A DNA stretch of 64,000 bases from assembly GCA_965277805.1 (NCBI GenBank), contig OZ255842.1, positions 2,336,001 through 2,400,000 on the forward strand, given 5' to 3'. This DNA comes from Candidatus Lustribacter sp. (GTDB lineage: Bacteria > Vulcanimicrobiota > Vulcanimicrobiia > Vulcanimicrobiales > Vulcanimicrobiaceae). Below, in pieces: positions 55,554 to 64,000 of the stretch. Within the stretch, counting starts at the first letter, position 1, and every line of letters begins with the position of its first letter. The translations under genes were made by a program, and so were the position numbers. A model generated the notes under the pieces. That model made no database searches. It was not told the origin of the DNA and saw only the letters and a list, made by a program, of their open reading frames with translations.

Positions 55554-56512
55554 AGCGTAGGTAGCACGATCTCGCCCTCGAGCGTTTCGCCCCGCGCGAA
55601 GCGCTCGAGGTTGCGATCGTACTGGTCGGCCAGCCGCCGGCCCGTCGCGATGCTGCCGAACGTGCCGATGTGCGGCGTGATGATCACGCCCGGTGTGGTC
55701 CACAGCGGATCCGTCGCCGGTAACGGTTCGGGATCGGTCACGTCGAGCGCTGCGCCCGCGAGTTTGCCGGCCGTCAGCGCCGCGTGCAGCGCCGTTCCGT
55801 CGACGACGGGACCACGCGAAACGTTGACCAGCAACCCATTCGCGGGCATCGCGGCCAGCGCGGCAGCGTCGATCATGTGCCGCGTTTCGTCGTTGTAGGT
55901 CACCGCCAGCACCACCGCATCGCTTTGCGCAAGCGCCTCGTGCAAATGCGTGGTCGCGAACATCGCATCGGCGCGTTCATCGGGGGCACCGGTTCGCGAT
56001 ACGCCGATGATGCGTTTTGCCAACGGGCGCAAGCGGGTTGCGAGCCCGCCGCCGATCGCGCCGAAACCGACGATCGCGACGGTGAGATCTTCGAGCGATC
56101 GCAGCGTGCGGATCATCGCCGGCGCGTCCCACTTGCTTTCCGTCTGCGCCGCAAACGCGCGCGGCAATTGCCGCAGCAGCGCGAGCAGCAGCGCCACGGC
56201 GTGCTCGGCAACGGCCGGACCATGCACGTGGATCGCGTACGTCATCGTCACGCCGGGCGGCACGCCGGCGCGCAACAGCACGTCGTAACCCGCGCTCGTC
56301 AGCCCGATCCACTTCAGGTCGCCGCGGTTCGCCTTGATCGCTTGCGGAACGGCGGCCGAATAATACGTCGGCGTTATCCAAAGCGCGTCCGCGCCGGGCA
56401 ACGCCGCCAGCAGTTCGTTCTCGTCGCCGGCCACGAGATAATCGAGCTTACGGCGACGGGCGAGTTCCGTGAGCTCAGCCTCGAAAACTTGACCCCGAAA
56501 TACGACACGCAT
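55550..56512 (-). CDS. D-isomer-specific 2-hydroxyacid dehydrogenase
   Basis: VGFGAIG, NVSRG, LDVTDPEP and ITPH. Confidence 0.92.
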   Translation of the reverse strand: MRVVFRGQVFEAELTELARRRKLDYLVAGDENELLAALPGADALWITPTYYSAAVPQAIKANRGDLKWIGLTSAGYDVLLRAGVPPGVTMTYAIHVHGPAVAEHAVALLLALLRQLPRAFAAQTESKWDAPAMIRTLRSLEDLTVAIVGFGAIGGGLATRLRPLAKRIIGVSRTGAPDERADAMFATTHLHEALAQSDAVVLAVTYNDETRHMIDAAALAAMPANGLLVNVSRGPVVDGTALHAALTAGKLAGAALDVTDPEPLPATDPLWTTPGVIITPHIGTFGSIATGRRLADQYDRNLERFARGETLEGEIVLPTL

Positions 56513-56622
56513 CGCCCATCTCGTTGGACGCGCTGCATCGAACGTCCACTCGAAGCAAAAGCTGAGAAATTTTTAGGTCTCCCGAACTAGGATACTAGGC
56601 ACGGCTTACAGTAGCGTGAGGC

Positions 56623-57744
56623 GTGCTTAAATACGCTCCCTTTGCAGCCTTGGCCGTGGTTCTGGCCGTTAGCCGGCAGGCGTCCCCGGTCACCGCGATC
56701 CCGATTTTCAGCCACCAGTACGACGTGTCGTGCTCGAAGTGCCACTCGGTCATCCCGCACCTGAACGAGTTCGGCTCGGCCTTCATGGCCAACGGCTATC
56801 GCATCCCGGGAGTGAGGCCGGGCCCAGCCTTCCCGATCTCGGCCAAAGCGAATCTGGTGGCCTCGAGCGAGAACCAGGGCGACGGCGAGGGCGGCGCCGG
56901 GCTTCCGAAAGACATCGTCGACGAAATCGAGATCTTCACCGCCGGCGGCATCGGCGACCGTTCGGCCTATCTGGTCGAGCAGTACGCGGTCGACGGCGGC
57001 GAGCACGGCCTGTTGCGCGATGCGTGGGCCATCGATCGCATCAACCCGTGGGACGCGAAGATTCCGCTGCAAGTTCAAGCGGGATCGTTCACGCTGCCGT
57101 TGCCGGTGGATCCGGAGACGTTTCGCGAGACGTACGCCGGCTATTCGATCTACACGGCCACCATCGGCACGAACCCGTTCAACTTCTTCGATCCCAAGAT
57201 CGGAGCGCGATTGCAGATCGGCGATCCGCTCAAGGGTCTCAACGTGCAGGTCGCCGGTTTCCAAGGTCACGATCGGCAAAGCGGCGTGCCGAACAGCGGT
57301 ACCGACCTCATGCTCTCGGGTCAAGAGAATGCCGGACCGTTCGCCCTCACCGCGTTCCGGTATTCCGGCACGCGCCCCACGATCGACGGCGGCATCGACA
57401 CCTTCGAGCGCACCGGCTACGGCCTCGTGTTCGATCAGTGGGGACGTCTCTCAAGCGAGAACGTGCTGATCACGGGCAACGATACCGATTGCGGCAACGG
57501 CTTCGGCGCCGCGTGTCAGTCCAGCGGCGGTTTCTCGCAACTGCGCTGGGCGTTCAACCGCAAGCTCTTCGCGCTGGCACGCTATGAGGGCACGAACGAT
57601 CCCGTGAACGGCTTCACGCGCGACGCCGTGCTGCTGCTTGGCTACGGTCCGACTGAAAACTCCCGTATCACACTCGAAGACGTGATCGCGCATACGCCCA
57701 ACACCACGCACACCATGAACGTGCAATTCACGATCGCGTACTGA
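56623..57744 (+). CDS. Cyc2-like fused monoheme cytochrome c / outer-membrane beta-barrel
   Basis: Signal peptide; PIFSHQYDVSCSKCH..P.LNEFG..F.ANGY; beta-strand-rich remainder ending in aromatic residue (QFTIAY). Confidence 0.7.
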   Translation: MLKYAPFAALAVVLAVSRQASPVTAIPIFSHQYDVSCSKCHSVIPHLNEFGSAFMANGYRIPGVRPGPAFPISAKANLVASSENQGDGEGGAGLPKDIVDEIEIFTAGGIGDRSAYLVEQYAVDGGEHGLLRDAWAIDRINPWDAKIPLQVQAGSFTLPLPVDPETFRETYAGYSIYTATIGTNPFNFFDPKIGARLQIGDPLKGLNVQVAGFQGHDRQSGVPNSGTDLMLSGQENAGPFALTAFRYSGTRPTIDGGIDTFERTGYGLVFDQWGRLSSENVLITGNDTDCGNGFGAACQSSGGFSQLRWAFNRKLFALARYEGTNDPVNGFTRDAVLLLGYGPTENSRITLEDVIAHTPNTTHTMNVQFTIAY

Positions 57745-58298
57745 TGCGCGTGCTCTGGGCGGCATTCGCCTTCTGCGTCATACTCGGCTCCATCGCGCGC
57801 GCGGACGACGATGTCGTGCGCACGATCGACGCAGCGAAATCAAAAGCGGCGTTCGCGGTGCAGCACATCTACGTCACGCGCGTGAACGGAACGCTGCCGA
57901 TCATCGGCGGCAGCGTAACGTTGCCGCAGAACGCAACGCTGCCGGTCGCGGTCACGGCCGAACTCGATCCGAGTAAGGTCAAGAGCGGCGACCCCGATCG
58001 CGACGGCGCGCTCGTGAGCCCGGACTTCTTCGACGTCAAAGCCTTTCCGGCGTGCACGTTCACCAGCACGAAGATCATGCCGGTCAGCGCGACGGCGTTC
58101 GGCGTCGACGGAACGCTCACGCTGCACGGCGTCACCGCACCGGAGCATCTCGACGTCACGATACGAGGTGATGCAACGCATCCGCTCTATCACGCCGTCG
58201 GTCACATGGACCGGCAGGCTTTTCACATGTCCGTCACGCGGCTCGATCCCGTCATCGGGAAAATCGTCGACATCACGCTCGATATCGTTCTGAAGTAG
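57744..58298 (+). CDS. YceI-like lipid/polyisoprenoid-binding protein
   Basis: Signal peptide; RDGALVSPDFFDV..FP...F.S and GTLTLHGVT. Confidence 0.88.
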   Translation: MRVLWAAFAFCVILGSIARADDDVVRTIDAAKSKAAFAVQHIYVTRVNGTLPIIGGSVTLPQNATLPVAVTAELDPSKVKSGDPDRDGALVSPDFFDVKAFPACTFTSTKIMPVSATAFGVDGTLTLHGVTAPEHLDVTIRGDATHPLYHAVGHMDRQAFHMSVTRLDPVIGKIVDITLDIVLK

Positions 58299-58323
58299 CG
58301 TTCACCCGCAAAGGCGAAGGCGT

Positions 58324-59766
58324 TTGCGGATGGTTTTCTTTGCGGCGTGCTTGGCGGTGTTCATGGTTTCGGTTGAAGCGACGATCGTCGCGACGGCCAT
58401 CCCCACCATCGTCGGCGATCTCGGCGGATTGCGGCTCTTCAGCTGGGTGTTCGGGATCTATTTGCTCACGCAGGCCGTCACGATCCCGATATACGGACGG
58501 CTCGCCGACATTTACGGCCGCAAGAAGTTGTTCTTCATCGCGATCGCGCTGTTCCTGATCGGTTCGATTCTCAGCGGCTTCGCGCACAACATGGTCATGC
58601 TCATCATCTACCGCGGCCTGCAAGGGCTCGGCGCGGGCGGCGTGATGCCGCTCGCATCGACGATCGTCGGCGACATCTATACCGGTACCGCGCGTGCCAA
58701 AGTGCAGGGATACCTTTCGAGCGTCTGGGGCATTTCCGCCGTCACGGGCCCGCTGATCGGCGCGTTTCTGATCGCGCACGCGGGCTGGCCCACGATCTTC
58801 TGGCTCAACGTTCCGTTCGGCATCCTATGCCTGTTCGTGATAGCGCGGTTCTTCCACGAGCGGGTCGAGCATCACGATCACACGATCGACTACGCCGGCT
58901 CGCTGCTGCTGGCCGGCGGTATCGGCACGCTGATGTTCGTGCTCGTGATGCTCGGCAATATTCCGGCCACCCTGGCTATCGTACTCGCGGTCGTGGCGCT
59001 GGTGCTCATCACCTGGCTGATCGTGCACGAACTGCGCACACCCGAGCCGATGATGCCGCTGAAGCTCTATGGTCTCCGTATCATCACGATCTCGAACGCG
59101 GCCAACTTCACCATGGGGGCCCTCTCGATCGGCATCACCGCCTTCTTACCGACGTACGTGCAGGGCGCGATGGGCCTCTCGGCCGTGCTGGCCGGCGCGA
59201 CGCTCGGCGTGACGTCGGCGTTTTGGACGGTCGGCTCGCTGGTCGTCTCGCGCATCATCCATCGCGTGACCTATCGCGAGCTGGCATCGGCCGGCGGCGT
59301 GATGCTGATCGCCGGCAGTCTCTTTCTCATCACGCTCGAGCCCGATCGTTCGATCTGGTGGGCGCTCACGGGCGGGACGATCCTCGGCCTCGGCTTCGGC
59401 TTCGCGAACCTGGTGTTCGTCGTAACGACGCAAGCCGCGGTACCCTGGCAGCAACGTGGCGCCGCGACGGCTTCGAATCAGTTCATGCGCCAGCTCGGCA
59501 GCTCGATCGGCACCGCTGCGTTCGGTGCGATCTTCAACCTCGGGCTCTACGCGCGCATTCCGAACAGCGGCGAAGTGGTCACGCGCATGATGGATCCGCG
59601 CACGCGCGGCAGCTTACCGCCGGCCGAAATCGGCAGCTATGCCGCCGCGATTTCCGGCTCGCTGCACGGCATCTTCATCGTACTGGGCCTGCTGGGAGTC
59701 ATCACGCTGGCGCTCGCCCTCGGCGTGCCGGCAAAGCTCAATGCGAGCGATCCTACGCCGGCGTGA
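58324..59766 (+). CDS. MFS multidrug transporter, DHA2 family
   Basis: EATIVATAIP, YGRLADIYGRK, RGLQGLGAGG and GPLIG. Confidence 0.9.
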   Translation: MRMVFFAACLAVFMVSVEATIVATAIPTIVGDLGGLRLFSWVFGIYLLTQAVTIPIYGRLADIYGRKKLFFIAIALFLIGSILSGFAHNMVMLIIYRGLQGLGAGGVMPLASTIVGDIYTGTARAKVQGYLSSVWGISAVTGPLIGAFLIAHAGWPTIFWLNVPFGILCLFVIARFFHERVEHHDHTIDYAGSLLLAGGIGTLMFVLVMLGNIPATLAIVLAVVALVLITWLIVHELRTPEPMMPLKLYGLRIITISNAANFTMGALSIGITAFLPTYVQGAMGLSAVLAGATLGVTSAFWTVGSLVVSRIIHRVTYRELASAGGVMLIAGSLFLITLEPDRSIWWALTGGTILGLGFGFANLVFVVTTQAAVPWQQRGAATASNQFMRQLGSSIGTAAFGAIFNLGLYARIPNSGEVVTRMMDPRTRGSLPPAEIGSYAAAISGSLHGIFIVLGLLGVITLALALGVPAKLNASDPTPA

Positions 59767-60691
59767 GCCACGCGAGAATGTTCTTCACGGTATCGCGGTA
59801 GAAAATCTCGTAGGTCTCGCGCGTGACGAAACCGACGTGTCCGGTTGCCAGCACGTTCGGCAACGTGCGAAACGGATGATCGGGCGGTAGCGGCTCGGTC
59901 GCGAACACGTCGAGCGCAGCGCCTGCAATCCGTCCCTCCCGCAGCGCGGCGATCAAGGCGTCTTCATCGACCAGCGGCCCGCGCGAGGTGTTGACGAACC
60001 ATGCATCTGGCTTCATCAACGCCAGCTCGGCCGCGCCGACGACTCCGCGTGACCGTTTGCCGAGCACGAGATGCACGGTGACGATGTCGGCCGTGCGGAA
60101 GAGCTCGTCTTTTTCCACGTAGCGCGCCCCCGCCGCGGCGGCTCTTTCCGCCGTCAAATTGGGACTCCACGCGATGACATCCATCCCGAACGCGGCGGCG
60201 ATCCGTGCGCTCGCGGTGCCGATCCGGCCGAGGCCGAGGATACCGAGCGTCCGGCGATTGAGATCGCCCCCGACGGCGACTTGCCAGCCTCCCGCCCGGA
60301 TCGATGCGGCCTCGGCCGGGATGTGCCGTACGGCCGCCAGGATCAGCGCCCACGTCAACTCGATCGCGCCGTGAGACGTGTACCCAGTGTGGGCGACGGT
60401 GATCCCGCGCTCGCGCGCGGCATCGAGGTCGATCGAGGCGTTCACGGCGCCGGTCGACGCGATCAGGCGCAGCCGCGGCAGGCGCTCGATGATCTCGCGC
60501 GTCAACGGCGTACGCTCGCGCATGACGCAGACGACGTCGAACGGCTCGAGCCGGGCGACGACGGCGTCGGGATCGCTCACGTGGTCGCGAAAACTTTGAA
60601 TCACGGCGCGGCCGGCGAGCGGCGACCAGTCGGCGCAGGTGAGCGCGACGCCCTGATAGTCATCGAGAATGGCAATATTTACCAAGGACAT
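59753..60691 (-). CDS. D-2-hydroxyacid dehydrogenase family protein
   Basis: IAILDDYQ, MRERTP, LGLGRIG, NTSRG and LDVF..EP. Confidence 0.92.
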   Translation of the reverse strand: MSLVNIAILDDYQGVALTCADWSPLAGRAVIQSFRDHVSDPDAVVARLEPFDVVCVMRERTPLTREIIERLPRLRLIASTGAVNASIDLDAARERGITVAHTGYTSHGAIELTWALILAAVRHIPAEAASIRAGGWQVAVGGDLNRRTLGILGLGRIGTASARIAAAFGMDVIAWSPNLTAERAAAAGARYVEKDELFRTADIVTVHLVLGKRSRGVVGAAELALMKPDAWFVNTSRGPLVDEDALIAALREGRIAGAALDVFATEPLPPDHPFRTLPNVLATGHVGFVTRETYEIFYRDTVKNILAWLTPA

Positions 60692-60713
60692 CTTTTTCTA
60701 TTATACTGTGTGG

Positions 60714-60953
60714 ATGGGTGGTATCAACGATCGCTGTACGAAGTGCGGCCATCTTCTTGCATCGCACGTTCCGGATGTCGGCTGCACCGACCGCGTACCC
60801 GGCACAATGGAGCGGATGCCCGGGGCGTGCGGGTGCGGGGCGCCGGAAGTCCTCGCCGACGTGATCCCGTTTCGCTCCCGTAGCCAGCGCGACGCGTTAG
60901 CGCGGGGGCTGACCATCGACGAGGACGGCGGTAACGGCGATTACCACGGTTAG
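60714..60953 (+). CDS. Putative small Cys/His-rich metal-binding protein, possibly leaderless
   Basis: CTKCGHLLASH...C...CGC; TATACT at 60702-60707 just upstream of the ATG; 3' end overlaps copCD by 57 nt. Confidence 0.45.
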   Translation: MGGINDRCTKCGHLLASHVPDVGCTDRVPGTMERMPGACGCGAPEVLADVIPFRSRSQRDALARGLTIDEDGGNGDYHG

Positions 60954-62087
60954 GATCAGCATTTCGTAGCGGACGCTGCCTGCAACTGCTACGGCGCCAT
61001 CGTTAATCCGGCGACGGGATTGCAGCGCAACCACGCCGGCCAGCGCGAAAAAGACGATCTTCGCGCAGATCTCCCAGCCATACGCCGACGAAAACAGCCC
61101 GGATAGCGGGCTGACGTTGCGCAGGACTTGCACGACCGAACTCACGAGCAAGAGGATCACCGCGTACGTCGCCACGTTCGACGTGCGCCGTACGTCGACG
61201 ATTCCGGTCGCCAACAAGGTCGTCAGCAGCACACCGATCCAGACGGCCGCCGCGAGCAGGTGCGCGAAGTCGAAGATCACGCCGGCCACGGGCAGCACGC
61301 CGGTGGAACCATGTCCGCCCAGCGATTCGCAGACCAGAACCGCAACGATCGCGGCGATCAGCAACGGGTAACGGCGCTTGCCGCCGCTCACCGCAATCGC
61401 ACCGAGGAACGCGGCAATCGTCAGCGCGAGATGCAAGATCCCGTAACGCGTCTGCAGCGTCGCGATGAGCGAGCCACCCGTGATGAGGCCTTGGACGCGA
61501 ACGTCGATGAACGCCACGAACGCGATCGTGATCCAGGCCCCGAACTCCAGCATCGAAACCGGCGCAACGTTGGGCGCGCGAACGGTCAACAGCGCGCCGA
61601 ACGCGAGGCCCGTGCCGATCAGGATTCCCGCGAGCATCGCGAATCGCAGCACCGCGACGATCGCGACGGCGCCGGCGATCCCGGGCTGGTCGCCGGCCGG
61701 AACCACTCCGGCCGGGACGCCGACGCCGAACGCAAAGCTGCCCTCGCTCACGTGTCCGTCGTCGGCGGTAACTTGCCACGTGACGATGTAGCTGCCGCTC
61801 GCGAGCGCGGGCGTTTTCACCTCGACCAAACGCGTGTCGCCGCCGGGATGATACGGCGCGCTCGCGCGGTTGAGGCCGTGCGCGTCGCTCACGCGCATGA
61901 TGTCGATCTGCGCCTCTTCCTTGAAGCGCAGCGTGACGACCGCCGGTGCGCGCTGCATTTCGACGCCCGCTTCGGGCGTGCTGCCCAAGAACTTCGTGTG
62001 TGCGCTCGCCGCGTGCGGTACGAACACGAACAGCCCGCCAAGGACGAACGCCGTCACGGTGACGGCGCGACGGAACTGCTCGAACAT
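60897..62087 (-). CDS. CopC-CopD fusion copper uptake/resistance protein
   Basis: ASA|H signal cleavage with N-terminal His, STP, W.V...DDGH; membrane domain with GH, HLLAAAVWIG and YG....AK. Confidence 0.85.
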   Translation of the reverse strand: MFEQFRRAVTVTAFVLGGLFVFVPHAASAHTKFLGSTPEAGVEMQRAPAVVTLRFKEEAQIDIMRVSDAHGLNRASAPYHPGGDTRLVEVKTPALASGSYIVTWQVTADDGHVSEGSFAFGVGVPAGVVPAGDQPGIAGAVAIVAVLRFAMLAGILIGTGLAFGALLTVRAPNVAPVSMLEFGAWITIAFVAFIDVRVQGLITGGSLIATLQTRYGILHLALTIAAFLGAIAVSGGKRRYPLLIAAIVAVLVCESLGGHGSTGVLPVAGVIFDFAHLLAAAVWIGVLLTTLLATGIVDVRRTSNVATYAVILLLVSSVVQVLRNVSPLSGLFSSAYGWEICAKIVFFALAGVVALQSRRRINDGAVAVAGSVRYEMLILTVVIAVTAVLVDGQPPR

Positions 62088-62131
62088 TACAAAATAGGGT
62101 ACCACGGGCGGCTGGGGCGAACCTATGCCTG

Positions 62132-62695
62132 ATGGGGACCGACCTCTACGCCGACCGCATCGACTCTCCCATCGGCACGCTTCTGCTCATCACCAAGGGT
62201 AACCGGCTGTGCGCGCTGGACTATCGCGGCTACGATCACCGGATGAACGGTTTTCTCGCCGCCCGCTTCGGCAACTACACGCTGCACGATGCGAACGATC
62301 CCGGCGGCACGACCGGCGCGCTGCGCGCGTATCTCGCCGGCGACTTACGCGCGCTCGATGTACTCGCCGTTGATACCGGCGGTACGCCGTTTCAGGAGAG
62401 CGTGTGGGCCGAGTTGCGCCGCATCCCGGCCGGCACGACGATCACCTACGGTGAGCTCGCGCGGCGCGTCGGTCAGCCCAGCGCGAGCCGCGCGGTCGGC
62501 CATGCCAACTCGCTCAACCCGGTGGCAATCGTGGTGCCGTGTCATCGCGTGATCGGCGCGGATGCAACGCTTACCGGTTACGCCGGCGGACTCGATCGCA
62601 AACGCTGGCTGCTCGAACATGAGGGCGTGCGCCTGCCCCAAGCGCCGCCCCAGCGCCGCAGCGAGAACCAGCTCTCGCTGTTCGCTTCGTCCTAG
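62132..62695 (+). CDS. ogt: Methylated-DNA--protein-cysteine S-methyltransferase
   Basis: GTPFQ..VW, SRAVG, PCHRV active site and YAGG..RK..LL..E. Confidence 0.95.
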   Translation: MGTDLYADRIDSPIGTLLLITKGNRLCALDYRGYDHRMNGFLAARFGNYTLHDANDPGGTTGALRAYLAGDLRALDVLAVDTGGTPFQESVWAELRRIPAGTTITYGELARRVGQPSASRAVGHANSLNPVAIVVPCHRVIGADATLTGYAGGLDRKRWLLEHEGVRLPQAPPQRRSENQLSLFASS

Positions 62696-63924
62696 CCGAG
62701 CGGTCCGAGCAGGGTCTCCCCGCCGTAGACGTCGTCCGTGGCGGGGATTACCGCCGGCCACGCGCCCGGTTTCGGGTTCGGTCGCGACGACGCCGGCCGC
62801 GCGCGGCCGTCCCAACCGATCTGCTCCATCGAGAAGTACACTTGCACGGCTTGGCCATCGGGATCGAGCACGTGGAACGCATAGTCGATGCCCGGATGCA
62901 ACTCGGCCGGAATCTCGATGAACGTCCGTCCGCGCTTCTCCAGAAACGCGCGGGCGTCGCACAGCTGACGGTACGAACCGACTTGGATGCCGACCGAGAA
63001 CGTCGTGGAATCCGGCCGCAAGCCGAGTTTTTCGCGCAGCTCGATCGGATAGAGCGCGATCGTGTGGTGTTCGGTATTTGCGCGCAAGAAGACGCAGCGC
63101 GCGCCGTTCCAAACGGTCTCTTCGGAAACGCGCAAGCCGAGTTCGTGCGAGTAAAAACGCACCGCCGCGTCGATGTCGGCGGTAAAGAGGCTGATCGGTC
63201 CGCCCTTGATGATCTTGAACGGCCGCGGCAGCAAGATGCCGTCGACATCGTAATCTTTGCCGGGGAGCGAGTCGCGCATTTCGTAGCCGGAACTGAGATC
63301 GTCGCCGCGCTTTTCCGCGATGCTTACTTCTTCGTCTTCCGAGATTTGCGGCAGTTCGGGCTTCACCCGGAACATGCGGTCCCACATTCCCTTGGGTTTG
63401 CTGCGCGCATCCCAGCCGACTTGCTCCATGCCGTAGTACAGCTCGTTCGTGTGGCCGTCCGGATCGTAGAAATACGTGTGCCAGTTGGAACCCGGCATGT
63501 CGCGGCCGCTGCGCTGGATCTTCAGGCCCTCTTCGTTGAGCCAATCGCAGCCGTTGGAAACTTCGCCGAGGCTGCCGACTTGCCACGAGATCTGGTTCAT
63601 GACTACGCCCGGCGCGAAGTGGCGCTCGGTGTCGATGTACTCGCGCACGCGCTTGTTGAAGAGCACGAAGCTATGATGGTCGGTGCCGTAGCGCATGAAG
63701 TAGCCGTGCGGATCGCCGAATCCCGCGATCGCTTCCGGCGGCTGCGCGCGTTCGCCGAAGTTGCGCTTGTCGGAGATCCGGTAACCCAAATCTTCCGTGT
63801 AAAAGCGAACGCACTCTTCCATCTTGAGCGAGTTCAAGCCGAAGTGGCCTAAGCGGCGGATCTTGAACGGACGCTCGAGCAGCACGCCGCCGACGTCGTA
63901 GGTTGCCGCAGATGTTTCGATCAT
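62692..63924 (-). CDS. Two-domain VOC-family protein (extradiol dioxygenase-like)
   Basis: RRLGHFG, TDHHS, DPDGHTNE; second domain has TEHHT and DPDGQAVQ. Confidence 0.82.
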   Translation of the reverse strand: MIETSAATYDVGGVLLERPFKIRRLGHFGLNSLKMEECVRFYTEDLGYRISDKRNFGERAQPPEAIAGFGDPHGYFMRYGTDHHSFVLFNKRVREYIDTERHFAPGVVMNQISWQVGSLGEVSNGCDWLNEEGLKIQRSGRDMPGSNWHTYFYDPDGHTNELYYGMEQVGWDARSKPKGMWDRMFRVKPELPQISEDEEVSIAEKRGDDLSSGYEMRDSLPGKDYDVDGILLPRPFKIIKGGPISLFTADIDAAVRFYSHELGLRVSEETVWNGARCVFLRANTEHHTIALYPIELREKLGLRPDSTTFSVGIQVGSYRQLCDARAFLEKRGRTFIEIPAELHPGIDYAFHVLDPDGQAVQVYFSMEQIGWDGRARPASSRPNPKPGAWPAVIPATDDVYGGETLLGPLG

Positions 63925-63937
63925 GCCCGGTTCTCCG

Positions 63938-64000
63938 TTACTTCGTTGCTTCGGCGGCGTACGATGGGTCGTAGAGATCGTTCATCGGCGGCATGGCAGG
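63938..64000 (-). CDS. 3' end of an upstream gene, probably an SBP (partial)
   Basis: PAMPPMNDLYDPSYAAEATK-stop resembles the C-terminus of SBP 22546-23526 (VPPIGDVFDATY). Confidence 0.5.
   Translation of the reverse strand, partial: PAMPPMNDLYDPSYAAEATK

Overview
High-GC bacterial chromosomal segment, almost entirely coding. The style (many orphan SBP paralogs, short regulatory regions) suggests a soil or peat oligotroph such as Eremiobacterota/Vulcanimicrobiota, but that is only an impression. From about 1.7 to 52 kb it is an aromatic/heterocyclic-acid catabolism region. It holds four Rieske oxygenase alpha subunits with no reductase or ferredoxin in the window, a phthalate-type dihydrodiol dehydrogenase and a 4,5-dihydroxyphthalate-decarboxylase-like gene, a hydroxycinnamoyl-CoA hydratase-lyase cluster, an oxc/frc-like pair, amidohydrolases, class II aldolases and cupins. 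Ten complete substrate-binding proteins (SBPs) are served by only one ABC permease/ATPase pair, and LysR, MarR, IclR and TetR regulators have visible candidate operators. The most striking element is a pair of unannotated ~370-aa paralogs (12586-13689 and 20411-21529). They look like ApeA/HEPN-fold proteins with the RNase motif remodelled and new conserved His motifs, and each sits tightly inside a different Rieske-oxygenase/SBP operon. Other highlights: a Cyc2-like monoheme cytochrome-porin coupled to YceI; a Rieske subunit lacking the bridging Asp; several pseudoenzymes; LysR paralogs with a LuxR-like first helix; and four co-oriented REP-like hairpins with compensatory base changes, sitting in C-rich/G-poor strand-skew halos. 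No rRNA, tRNA, CRISPR array, integrase or transposase was seen. All family calls are from motif recognition by eye, not database searches.
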